From: Nageia nagi
Lineage: Eukaryota; Plantae; Pinophyta
Direction: 5' to 3'
Assembly: GCA_050084985.1 (NCBI GenBank)
Contig: JBITNC010000001.1
Span: 172,794,001 to 172,858,000 of the forward strand
Length of the DNA: 64,000 nt
The translations under genes were made by a program, and so were the position numbers. Shown one piece after another: positions 28,321 to 41,349 of this stretch. The notes beneath the pieces were generated by a model that saw nothing but the letters and a program-made list of their open reading frames with translations, made no database searches and was not told where the DNA came from. Each line of letters opens with the position of its first letter. The first letter of the stretch is position 1.

Positions 28321-29280
28321 ATTGTCATAACTATTACATCTTATCTACTTTCCAGTCAAGCAAATGTGAGTTTTGTTTACAGAAATTTTTACTAGACTTG
28401 GAAGTTTTATGATGAAATGACTAGGAGTACAAATCAAATATATCCATATCATACATAGTTAACGTCATGCAAGATGTTTTAGGTATGGATCTGTGATACA
28501 TTTAACTTAGTCCTTGAAACATGACATGGAATTGAGATCTTTGCAAAGACTTGTTTGACACATTCATTGGTTTATGCTTTATAGTAGACTCATTTTGCAT
28601 TACGACTGTAACAATGCTAGTCTCTGAATTACTTGGAAATTTTCTTTTTCATACCAAGTATCTTAATGTCTAAACTCAAAAAACTAGAATCTGGAAAACA
28701 GAAAAAATGATAATTAATGTACTGATTGTGGCTGAGGACCATCTAGAAGGCTGATGCCATAGTTTTGGTTCCTTTGGGACAATGTGGAAGCTATAAGGAA
28801 GTACAAATAATAACAACAAAATAGAAGCTTAGAGATCCAGGATTAGACATTAATATTACCTTGTTACATCAAATATAGAAAAAAAAGAGTTGTGAGGGGA
28901 AAGTTTTGTAGGATATGACACTGTAATACCACTGAAAAGTTATTTCTCAAAATAAATAATATTAACAATTTCATGAAAATTATCCAATGTACAACACGCA
29001 TATTCAGAGTCAACTAGTTAAATTTTTTGAAAAATGGTCATGTGATTATGTATTAAACCAACACGTATATAGGTGCTAGTCTGTAAATAACATCAAAACC
29101 ATTTCATCAACAGTAAAGAAATTCTTGCTATTGTTGTTTCATATGTTTTTATAATCATGAGTAGAGCCCTCGTACTAAATGAAGCTGATATTTTCAACAA
29201 CTGAAATAACTTCCTGAACCAATGGTGCTTCAAACCTCAGCCAAAAACTAAATTCAAAATATCAATTTTGTGGAGATTAC

Positions 29281-29371
29281 CTGGGGTACAGCGCAATCAG
29301 CATGGACAGGGTCCCAAACCACCGAGCAAGAGCAATCCCAGTCATCATTCTGGACTTCACTGAGGGGAGCT
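29281..29371 (-). CDS. PHD/ELM2/CW gene coding exon 4 (91 nt, (R)APLSEVQNDDWDCSCSVVWDPVHADCAVPQ)
   Basis: Acceptor tctacag| and donor CAG|gtaatc. Encodes the second half of the CW-like finger (WxC...CxxPQE) and is in frame with exons 3 and 5. Confidence 0.93.
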
Positions 29372-30751
29372 CTGTAGATATGACCAGTAATACCAAGGAT
29401 AAAACAACTTTAGACCAAAGTGACTTCAAAACCCTAACTCTTTCTAGTTGTTTGCATCTTAATAGTATCGAAGGCTCCTGTGTTATTCAAAGAAATCCAT
29501 ATTTTCAAATATGAAAACAATCTCTATTATACTAAAACATTTCAGCAAAACAAAAAAAGTTATCATAAGCATGGTCAAGTACTGATATAATAATGGACTA
29601 ACTATAATTCAATGTATGATAAATTAGATGTATGTATATGTATGTATGTATAAAATTCTGATTATACCTGTATAATGGTGTATTTTTAAATTCCTTTTCA
29701 AGGATATGTGTATTAATTATAAACTTAATTAATACATTTAGTTTTAACCCATTATATTGTAGGCTCATACTTGTGACGTGCCCATGCATTTCATGTCACA
29801 TACTTCCCATCAATTATATCTCTTTTAAGGCACTCCAAGCATATGTTTGCTTCACAAGAAGCTACCTATCGACCTTTGGCCTGTAAAAGGCACACCACTA
29901 ATTAATGTTATTACCTTATTGTTATTATTCAGATTATAAACCTCAGCAATATTGATCTTTATCAAAATTAAATAAAAATGGAAGAAAAGGCAAATACAAA
30001 AAGAAAATGAAAACATCTGCAGAAAAATTATGAGAAAAGGCAAATGTATCTCTATCCTTTACTATTCTATTTTTCTTCTATTAGTTTTGTTGTTTTGCAA
30101 GATTATCTTCTCCATTGCAGCCTCTCATAGCTTGCATGTTTCGCATAGCTTGCACGTCTCGCAATCTTCCATGCACCCTGTGCCAGGTGACCACCATCTG
30201 TGTATTTTGGAACCTCTTGTAGCTCCGCATGTCTTGCAACTTCCCATGCGTCTTGCACCTCATGACCACCATCTATGAGTCTCGCAACCATAATGCGACC
30301 TCATGGGCCACACGAATGGCTGACTTCCTTTCTGAGTCCACATTTGCATCCAATCCACACAAACCCCAACATCCAACCTCGTAGACCATGCAGCTCCTCT
30401 TCGACTCCATGTCCACCTAAACCATTTGAACCATCCACCTATGCATCCCTAAGGTCCGAATGTCTGAAACCATCATCTTGACAACAGAAGTTTTGGTTTA
30501 GCATACACAAGCTTCAGTCTCAACTCATCATATACAAGCTTCAATTCTGCCTAGCAATCTCAGGTTTCAATTCTACTCAACTAACACAGGCTTCCACTCA
30601 AGCATTCACTAGTTTCCACACAGCGTACACTAGTTTCCGCTCAGCATACACAGGCTCACCAACCAGTCTGGTATCCTATAAATTATGTAACTGTAACTGT
30701 ATCAGATTGCATAATTGTAATAGCGCAACTATAACTGCTTGTTAGAGTTTG

Positions 30752-30920
30752 CAATGTCTATCAATCAGACTGTGCAACAGTAAGTCACCCACCCTGTGAC
30801 TACATGCGTATCCTGGCTGATAATCGTAGTCAGACCAATGTCTATCAATCAGACTGTGCAACAGTAAGTCACCCACCCTGTGACTACATGCTTATCCTGG
30901 CTGATAATTGTAGTCAGACC
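30752..30920. repeat. 84-bp tandem duplication
   Basis: CAATGTCTATCAATCAGACTGTGCAACAG...TAGTCAGAC at 30752 and 30836, with 2 mismatches. Confidence 0.95.
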
Positions 30921-31289
30921 TCATGGATCAAAACATATCTCCACGTAGCATAATTGCAACTCCACTCAACGGTTTCAAAAAAACAGATAAAATCACTTCA
31001 GAAATTGTTGGATACACAGAATGGCATCATATTCTCCCTGAATGATCGAGTAAATGATGGCAGCTGACACATTATGGAACTTTAAAACAAGATACAGGTA
31101 GTTACTATCGCTCAGTTGAAAACTGAAAACACAAAACAGTCTCTTCATAACAACCCCAATTTCTGATTCAAAATCTCAAGAATTTGGGAACCATAAGCTG
31201 CCCTCCTGGCTGAACAGGAACACCTTAGTGAGGAATCCACATAACAGAGCTGAAAATTAGTTGATCAACTATCATGGGAACAGGTAGTG

Positions 31290-34200
31290 GCCGAGAAGAA
31301 GTGTTCCCTTCCTTCAGTTGAGCTTGCAGTTCAAGCTAAGTTTGAAGAGGAAAGAGTCTGCAACGCTAAGGCCATCAATTTTAGGGTTCATAGGATAACC
31401 AAACCAACAGATCCGCTTCAAGCAAGCAATACCTTCATTCAAAACACTTACAAGTTAACAGACATCACTTTAGAGAAAGAATAGGTCTCTCTCAACTCTA
31501 CATCAGTCATACACTTTAAGAATGCCAAAGAGCGTATGAAGAAATTAAGGGCCAAAAGAAAACCATTCAACCTCCAGGACAAGATCTTTCTTGATGAGGA
31601 TCTTACATGACTACAAGTTGATGAATTGTAGAAAGCCAAAGAATAGGTAGCAACAGCTAGAAAAGCCAACAAATGGGTAGTAATCTGTAACATTTGTGCA
31701 ATCATTAGGGACTCCCCTCCCCATGGGTGGTCCAAGCCCTTACCTCCCAAATGACTCTTTTGGCAAGGGAAAGGGGCAAGGGAGGACCAAGAAGATTGCC
31801 ATAGCTTGTTGGAATTGTAACAATATGATATGGTCTACCCCTGGATTCCTCACAGAAATGATTAAAGGGCATGATACTATACGTGTATGTGAGACACATG
31901 TGAGCCCCGAGCAAGCCTTACCACCCATTATTACGTATTTGTGGCAATCCACCTGTCAACAATCCACACGCCACTTTGGGGGGTTCAGAAGGTTAGGAGG
32001 AGCTGCTACTCTTATCTAGGACAGACTCCAAGGCTCTCTCATGCTGGTATCTTAAAATATCCACTCCAAATTATAATGGATAAAACTTCACCATCACCCA
32101 CCTCTTCAAGACGTTTTTATTGCCATCTACTTCCCCTCAACCACATCCAATTTTGCTATCCACACAAATAGCTCCCATACCGAGACCTTTATGAGGGCAT
32201 CACTAGGCATGTGACAATAGGAGAGGTGTTTTTATTATGGAACTTTAATGCCCATAGTACCTCTATACAGGTTTCTCTCCACGACATCATAGCAAATGAG
32301 ATACAAACCAAAGAATTAGATCTCAAGGACCTTGGTATTGTTAGAACCTCCATTGACACATAGGTTACAACATATTGGAAGCATCTTCTAGAGTTGGGAG
32401 AATCCAACATGCTCATTATGCTCAATGGGTTGCCTTGCTTTATAGACTTGAGAGGGTTCACCTGCTTCATTCACAACAACAGAACCAATGTCGTGGATTA
32501 TGCTCTTTCTTCCACCACCCTCATCTTGTTCATTTCTTATTTCAATGTATCTTATCACCCTCCCACCATTAGCGATCACTCCATACTCTCACTCACTATC
32601 TTCATCTCTATTCCCCCTATTACTCCACCATGCCCTTTCTCCACTCTCACCCCCAAGTTACTATAGAATTTGACTACAACTATTCCACTACCTATATGGA
32701 CCACTTGTCTTAGATTCTCCCTAGGCTTTCGTCTCTCCTTATATTTGTTGACCACTCAACCTTCATAGTACAAGCAATTTGAACAATTGCCCCCACACCA
32801 TCCACCCCCTCCTCACCCACAACCCCCAAGTCACTATCCCAAAAACATTTGGTATGATGAGGATTGTAAATTTGATCACAATCACCTCCTACAAAGATTA
32901 CGTGTTGCTTCTTCAAAAGAAGAAATGCCTTTTCCTCCATCAGTTTAGGTTGGATCTCATTTACTCCCTCTGCCACCCCCCCAAAACCTTCTAATGTCTT
33001 CTCCTCCCCAAAGACTAGGCTGATCACGGAATCAATATTTCCACTTGGACCTTTCATGCCTCATCCCTCTATATAGCATCCCCAATCAACCTCCTACTAC
33101 AGCCCCTTTCCCCTATTTCCTGCTCCTTCTTCTCTATTGAGCTTATAAGGCAAACCATTAGAAAACTTTGCACGATCAAAGCAATAAAATTGGATGGCTT
33201 ACCAACAAAATTCCTGAAGCATGGTATTGAATCACTTGCTATGCCCCTTACCAATCTCTTCAACCTCATTGTCTGCTTAGATTTTTCTAACTCTTGGACC
33301 CAACATATCATTCAACCCATTCAAAAGACGAGAGACCCCATGAACCCACCAATTACAAGACCATCATGATTGGACATGTCTTTGCTAAGATTTATACCAC
33401 AGCATTAGACTTGCTTATTTCACATAGGTTGGAGTAGGGACATAGGGCTATAAGCCAAGCTGGTTTAAGGCAACACCACCAAAACACAAATCATATCCTA
33501 GTCCTAAATCATATCCTAGTCCTAAATCATATCCTAGTCCTAAATCATATCCTAGTCCTAAATACCATTATTAAAGATGCACATTTCAGATATTCAAGAG
33601 TTTATTAATGCTTTGTTGACTTCTATAAAACTTTTGACATCGTTGCTCAATATTTGCTACTTAAGAAGCTTCAATTGGTTGCCATTTATGGGCAACTTTT
33701 GGTGGTAGTAACGTGGGTGTATGAGACAATGACAAGCCGATTTCACTCTTCCCAAGGGCTTTCAAACAACATTCCCAACACAATAGGAGTGAAATAAGGT
33801 TGCCTTCTTTCTTTGACACTCTTTGGGATCTTCATAGATGAATTTGAGTCATTTATCCAAGAACACAGACATGATGAGGATGATTGCCTACTTCAACATA
33901 GGATGATTCCTATCCTCCTCTTTGTCGATTATGTTATCCTTCTAGCCTTAACCCTCGAGGGGCTTCAACATCATCTCAATGCATTACCCGCTTTTTGTAA
34001 CTATCTAGACCAAGGTTATGGTGTTTAATACTATCGTAAAGGTTCTCTCATCTTCACTTCCATCTATAGGGGTGAGAGATAGAGATCACCACCTTATTTA
34101 TACTTAGGGGTTCTCTTCATAGGACCCATCTTTGGATCACCCAAGCCCATGTTTGTAAGGGGTATGCAGCTCTTTCTTTACTTGTGCAAAGTTATTTTGA

Positions 34201-34960
34201 AGCACATTTCCAAGATATTCCAATAAATATGAAAATCTTCGATGCCTTAGTCAAGTTGACTATAGCCTATGGTTCAAAGATCTAAGGTCTTAATTTTGGC
34301 CGATTGATTGGCCTCATGTTGAGCGAGTGCAAACACTTTTTCTTCGAAGATTCATTCAATGCAAGAGCACGATCCACCACGTAGTTATCTTGGAAGAGTT
34401 TGGGGCCTCACCTCTTCAACTCGAGATCATCTTCAAGATCACCACCTATCTTCAAAGGGTCCACGCTATGGGAGATAGCCCTTCGAGATGTAGACAATAT
34501 ACCTACCTAGCTTTACGCTCCTTGATGGACCTCTCATTAAGCCCTCAAGTGGGACAAAGGGGTTGGGATTCTCATGTTTCTACACTCTTTGCCAACGTTC
34601 AATTATAAACTTTCCCCCTTATTCCTCATCACCTCCTATCTTAGAATAAGAAGGAGAAGATACTAAACGAGATCCGAAAGGAAATCAATCTCCAATACAC
34701 AAGCTGCACATCGATCTCCCCCACCACCCCTCTCCTTCAAGTTATCTTTTTATCATGAGCACTTTCTTAGATACAAGACACATGAATAATCCCCCCACAA
34801 TACCTTCAAAGAACTAAAAACCCTTCACCACTTTATCTTTTAATGTTCCACCTACCATGAGATCCAAGGCATGTTTCACCACATTTCAAAGACAACCCAC
34901 GATCTCGATCAACCTTTTTTAGATACCTAGACCATGGATGTTTTGCATTATACATTCAAG
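31290..34960 (+). mobile_element. Near-full-length decayed non-LTR retrotransposon (ORF1 + APE endonuclease + RT), RTEX/CR1-like
   Basis: ORF1 C-terminus KIFLDEDLT. Endonuclease motifs ACWNC, CETH, xNFNA, LIMLNG, FTCF, VVDYAL, SDH. RT motifs IMIGHVFAKIY, QAG, FVDFxKxFD, GVKxGCxLSxTLFGIFIDE, LLFVDY. Many stops and frameshifts. Confidence 0.85.
33488..33563. repeat. 18-bp tandem repeat x4 inside the LINE RT
   Basis: AAATCATATCCTAGTCCT repeated four times perfectly. Confidence 0.95.
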
Positions 34961-35692
34961 GTTCAACTCAATTTCGCCAACAAAGGAGCTCTCCTCCAAG
35001 CAACTATCGTCCTCCACACTCTCAGCCCAGCATGACATACTTCACCAGCATAGATGGAAAGAAGGGGAAAATCGAACAAAACCATCATACACCGAACTAC
35101 TCAGTCAGAGATAAGGCCACTAGACAATGCACCCACATGTCTTCATGAATTCAATAAGTGATGGACAAAGACACACCACTGACTTTCTTAGCAAAGATTC
35201 TTAAGCCTCGAATGTTAGGAGATTCTAGTGTTTGGGGTCTAAGGTGAGCACCCCTTAGGGCTGCCTCCCCCTTTTCTTTCTCTATCCTTTCAAAGAACAC
35301 TACACACAGTTTGGTTGGGATGGACTACTTCCTTCCCACTCTTTTTGACCCACTTCTTGGGTTGTGAAACTGTATTTACTTTTGTTTCCTTCCTTTTATC
35401 TGGCATGTTTGCCCTCTCGATTGGTATTATTGTGGTGTTCTTTTCACAATCCCTTGGGTCATCTATCATCCATTGTGGACATTAACAACATGTCATTTCA
35501 TTTTTAAATCTCCATAATCATTTTTAAATCTCTATTATTAAAATTAAGAACTTCATTATAGTGGGGATGTCAACAAGATTTTCTACGATCAATTTCCTTG
35601 ATTCTTGTTTAACAATATTTTCAAACTCATCAAAAGTAGCTGTATTTGGCACAATAGACACTCCTATCTTGTGTTCTAGTTCCGTTTGAAAT

Positions 35693-35975
35693 GGTACAAT
35701 AACTAGCACATCAACAATCGTTACACATTTTGTTCAATCTCTTTGACAGGAATAAAATTGGTGGCCACCACGACAATTTCTTTGTTAATAATTTGACCTT
35801 GTAGATCAGCATTTTCAGACACATTTTAAGTGTGATACCGGTACAATAACTTGCACATCCACAATTGTTACACATTTAGTTAAATCTCTTTGCCAGCAAT
35901 AAAATTGGTGGCTTCCATGACAATTTCTTTGCTGATAATTTGACCTTGTAGATCAGCATTTTCAGACACATTCAA
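35693..35975. repeat. ~147-bp tandem duplication
   Basis: GGTACAATAACT.GCACATC...TTTGACCTTGTAGATCAGCATTTTCAGACACATT occurs twice. Confidence 0.85.
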
Positions 35976-38900
35976 AGCAGTTGTTTCACACTAGTAAAAT
36001 GTTTTGCACTTCAACATTCAATACAGATTGCTTTGATTCAATCTCTTGGTATGTGGTATGAAATTAGTGGTCTTCATTATTGGCCAAGTATTTGTTAATA
36101 ATTAGACTTTCCTTCTGTTGTGAGAATTTGTGTTCTTCTTTAAGACTTTCAACTCCAATAAAAGAATTTGGTTATGTTTTGTTAAAGCAAAGCAATCTCT
36201 TTATTGTTATTGGACAAAACTTTATCATCATTGTGCACAATTTCTTTGTGATGGATACCCTTCTCTATTAACTATTATGACAATGGTATTGCAATTTCAC
36301 AAATTAGCATTCCAAATCTTTAATATTAAAATTTTCTCATTCCATCAATTCAGTCAAACCTTGTTGACAATGTTTTTCAGACAAATTCATCTCTATTTTC
36401 CCATATATTTCTCAGATCACACTTTATTTTCCAGGTCAGCCCTATTCATATATTTAGACTGTGCCAGTATGTATTCAAGATTGGCTGCACCAGTTTGCAT
36501 TATTGTTTGCACCATTTCACATGACAAATCACACCCTTTCAAATATTGGAGTGCAAATTTTAGCAACTCAAGTTACACTCTTTCACATGTTGGATCAAAA
36601 ATTTTGAATTTTGCAGAAGGTAGATGCTGATTGGATGTCATGTAAGAGTAATGTGAGAGTAGAATGGGTGATCACCGGTGTCAAAAGCATTCATTAAAGT
36701 TTTATACATGGTGATTATAGTTAAACCAAAAAGAAAGTTGTCCAAGTTGAACTCCAATCGCAAACCAAAATATGAACCATAACTCAAGAGCATGGTAATA
36801 ATGCCACTTATAAAGTGTCAAGGGATCAATACATCTCTCAGGAGATATCTACAAACAATTCATTATATACAATACAATGCCCCAGATATACCAATAAATT
36901 ACTTACACTAAAGGGGAGATGCATAAAATAATATCCAAGAGTTAACCTAAAAACTCAAGACCTGTGACTTGTCCTACGTACTTCTTGATTAATTAAGCTT
37001 TAACAGGTTATTGTATAATTAAGGTATATATAATCTATTTTGATATAAGATTAAGTCACATGAAACTTGGAAAGGGATGCCATTTACAAAATGAGAATGT
37101 CTTTGCAACCATAAGCCTTAAAACCCCTTCGAAGGAAATGGATATTTATAATGTTACAGCCTCAAATTCTAACACTAGAAGTTAAATTAGATTTCCTCTT
37201 GACCCAGCAATGGTAAATGGGGGCATTAGAGACACTAAGCAATATTTGCAAGAGAATGAAAGGGAAAAACTTATCCTAAGGCCTAGCAGGGTTAAAAGGG
37301 TGCTTAAAAATGTATTTTAAACATTGTTATATGGTAATATATGACCCATCAAAGTAAGGAAAAAAAGAGGTTTATTTCTCATAAGAAAATTAAAGGATAT
37401 GACGAAAAAAGGAATTAGAAAAGTCATCTTCTTGAAAAGGAAAAGAAACAACTCAAATCCAAAGAAAATACTCCGAAAAGGGTAAACAAATGTGATTGCA
37501 ATTAATATTATATAGTATTTTCAGATTTCTGCGTTGACAGTATTAAAGTTTCTATTGTAAGGTGAGGGAAAAGCATGATCATGGTTGTTTTGTTTCAAAT
37601 CTGATTCTACTTATTGGATTTGGATGGAGTCTTAGAGAAAGATCGTTTTTAAAATATCATGGTTGATACTGCTCTAGATGGAAGAGACGAAATACTTGCT
37701 CTGCAATATCAAGTAGGCTCACAAAAGTTGCAAGGAGTATAAGCATGGGAAGTGGAAAATTCCAGCTAGAGATGGTAGGGATGAGCCAAGACTAGTGTGT
37801 TGTTATCAACAATTATTTATTTACGCTCAAAGGTGCTAAGGATAATCCTCTTGTACTCATGGGATTACACCATAAGGATGTGAGTCATCTATGAACCATT
37901 AGAGGATATAGATGGCAATGAATCAAAATGAGGCTCATCTTGCTGTGATAATCTCCTTGGAAGGTATGTGATATGATCATTTCCCTAATGATTTGATGTA
38001 CATGCTAGCTGAAAAGTTTGATTTTCCTTATGTCTGCATTTATGTCCTGCAAGTATATTAACTCTTCTATAACAACGGTTTCTTGGTATTTTATGTTTCA
38101 AGTTTAAAATCTGATCTGTAACATAAAGAAATATAAATTAAAAACAAATATTTATACAAAATTAACTAAAGTTAAGAAATGAATGAAAAGCAACAATTTA
38201 ATCAGCTAAAACACTAAATGCTGAAAGGTATCTTTATAAGATGGTGTTAACAGTTATACATATCATACCAATGACCTCTGAAATTGCCAAAGTTAGGAAC
38301 AGAACAAGATGACCCAACTCCAACAACAAGTGCTTGAAAAAGATGTCTACAATCCTAACCCCATCTTTTGCTTCCCTGTTATTTACAGAAAACCGAACAC
38401 AATTGCTTGGTTTGTTTGATCCCAATTTGCCATCATTTTTTATTTATTTTTCCCTCACCATAGAGCCGTTTTTAAATGTAAAATATTTCTTATTAAGGTC
38501 AATTGTGTGAAACCCATCTGGACCTTGTGCTAGACCTATGTAACCCATCAAAATATCCAAATTTAGACTAGTCTCTAGTAAAAACCCTGGGAATGTTTGG
38601 TAACACGTGCACAAAAGTTTAGAAATGCCTTGGAAACGTTAGGAAGCAACCCCTTAAATGTTAGGAAATGTCTGAAGTCTTAGAGAACATGTTTATGAGA
38701 GTTTCTGATAAGTTTCTAAGGAATTTCCATTTCGAAACATTTTCAAAATGGGGAAATGGGGGCAACATAATAGTTTCCTGTAACGTATATATAAGATTAC
38801 AATATAGCTTAAACTCGTAAATTGGAGACTAGAATTCCACAGCTCATCTATTCCACATTCTTTACTCTTATTGGAGGCTCGATGAAACCATTTAAATAGA

Positions 38901-39125
38901 TGTTTTTGTTTGTTAAATAATGAGTTAAAAATATATAGTGAGAAGTATTGCATGCATAATGATACATGTTATATGTCTGACTTTTGCAAGTAAATAGAAA
39001 TACACATGGAGCATAATATAGGTATCATATTCAAGAATGGAAAAGTCAAAATTATCAGATCTACAAAAGCAAAAAATATTTTTCACAGCAAATAGTATAG
39101 AAATTAAATAAAGGTCACATCTTGC

Positions 39126-39274
39126 CTGCGCCATTTTCCACAAATCACGTCACTTGTCTTTTGGCCCTCTGAGCATGCTCCACCTATAACAATAACATTC
39201 CGACACTGAAGCCAATTTTGCATCGAGCCTGGAAGAAGAGTCCGAGCTGGTTTCCAACCTTTGTTCCATACCTC
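39126..39274 (-). CDS. PHD/ELM2/CW gene coding exon 3 (149 nt, EVWNKG...NWLQC...ICGKWR)
   Basis: Acceptor cttcag|GAG. Encodes NWLQC..ICGKWR, the first half of a CW-type zinc finger. The donor is non-canonical AG|gcaag. Confidence 0.92.
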
Positions 39275-39448
39275 CTGAAGTATAAATTACTAGATTTAGC
39301 TATAGAAATATATTTGAGGTCCTCTAAATTGCAATTAAAATAAACTACCAAGCACTGCAAAAAATAATACTTTTTATTCTTGTGTCCCAATAATATCCCA
39401 TAAAACCTCATAACATTTCTCTTGTCCTTACAAGCAATAACCACTCAC

Positions 39449-39515
39449 ATTTAGCAAGTTCCGTTCTGGAAATTCGTTTTCAAGGGTTTCTCCCATAAAT
39501 AACATCTCTGCATCA
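39449..39515 (-). CDS. PHD/ELM2/CW gene coding exon 2 (67 nt, (D)DAEMLFMGETLENEFPERNLLN)
   Basis: Acceptor tgttag| and donor |gtgagt. Phase 2 in and phase 0 out joins exons 1 and 3 exactly. GETLE resembles the family GEPLE motif. Confidence 0.88.
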
Positions 39516-41349
39516 CTAACATTCATAAAATGAATTAAAGAAAAAGAAATTTTCTGATATGTATAAACAATTAAGCATCAAAAAGGTGAAAAGAACTTAT
39601 AGCTAAGCATAACGCAAATGCATGTCTCTTCAAGTTACTATCCAAAATCAGTATAACAAGAACTCATAATCATCAAATGCACATAAAATGCCTAAAACTA
39701 TATTTCATGATAGCATTCTCAATAAAGACAAATAGCAGTACAATTGAATGTGAACCAAGCAACAGCTGAAGTTTTTAGAAGCCGGTAATTGTATGACAAC
39801 AAACTATATTATTGGACATACCAAGATACTCTTATACTATGGAAGAAATTTATCCCTACAAAAATCTTTCTAAGTATTATCATAATATTCATTAGCAAAA
39901 CTAATTTGAATATCAGGGCCTTCTGGTCCTACTGAACACTTTGCAGTATAGCATTTAGATGTAAATCCAAGAACCACACTTTCATCAAAAGCAACCAGAG
40001 CGCTCAATTCTGCCTACAATGCAACAGAAAAAATGAAGGGATGAAAACTAAAATAAATCTAATAAAAATCTTGCACCATCAGCTGCACTAATAATGTGTG
40101 TACTCTAATTAACAGTGAACAAATTACTACAAGGAAAAAGCCCCTTTATTTCTGTCTACACAGGTGATCAACAATGGTACAGAAGAATGGGACTCAAAAC
40201 ATACTGTAGACACTTCAATTTGTATTTCAGCTATTTAAAATGATTTTATTTAAGTATTTTATATCATTCATGTAAATGTCAATTTGGACACACTTTAAAT
40301 AAATCAAGGTGAATTTAAGTAAATTTCTCTATTACCTTCTAAGCACATTGTTCTAAGTGGGTCCACCTATAATAACTCATAATCCATTTTGTGAATCCTT
40401 TATAAAGCACTTCCAAGTGCTCACTTTAGAGGACAGAGTGACAAGATTAGAAATTATCATTATTAAGAATCAAACAAGAAAAGTGAAATATCATTGCAGC
40501 TGAATTGCAGAAGCATTTGAGAACTTCAGACATGCCTCATGAAAGCAACACAACTTGAAACATGAATATATTCCAGCACAACCAGTATTCTGGCACCCAA
40601 GCACAAAAACGCCCAACATTCTGGCACCACAGACCCAAACCATGGACACTCTAATCCTAAGCCTCAATAACCTCGCAGAATTATCATCTCAGAAGTATGT
40701 TCAGGATTAGCATCTTCATAATTATCTCCAGAGTTATCTAGATCTATCATTTGGCTACAGCTAGGGTTTGCCATCTAAGATCACAAGCTGTCTATCAGCA
40801 AGCTTCCAATCTTGCTCCACCCCTCTAGATAAGTTTTCTTTTTATCTCACCTTGTAAATTGCAAATTTGCATGATCTTAATTACTAGATCCTATACTACA
40901 TGTTAGCTATTAATCTATTTTTCATTCTGTAGACATAACAAATGTCATGTTTTAATACATTGTTCATTAATTTTGTGTCTAAATTTACTTTTCCACAACA
41001 GGTCCGTACCTTGATAACCATTAAGAGAGAACATTTCTAAGCTTCTTGTCATAGAAATGGCCACTGTTTCTCACTAAAAACAAGAAATAGAGAAAATTTG
41101 GTTTATTGGTCACTTATTATTTGCATTGAACACTGAACCTACAAAAAGAAAAGCATGCAACCCATTGCACTAGCATTTGCAAAACAAAACTTCAGAGGAT
41201 TTTTGGATAGTTTAAAAGGCAAACACTGGAAGAAACACAGACAGAGAAGCAGCTCAAAAAAACATCCTAAAAACATAAGCCCAGCAGAAAACCAAATGCT
41301 AGTAGCTCCACTAACCAGATAACTCAGAGCACCTATTTTCAACATGGGG

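Noticed and set aside
39900-40013. Strong minus-strand acceptor (ttctgttgcattgtag|GCAG) as a possible extra exon
   Set aside because: In the required phase it gives an immediate stop (GAG CAG AAT TGA) and no clear donor follows. It cannot be supported as a poison exon without RNA data.
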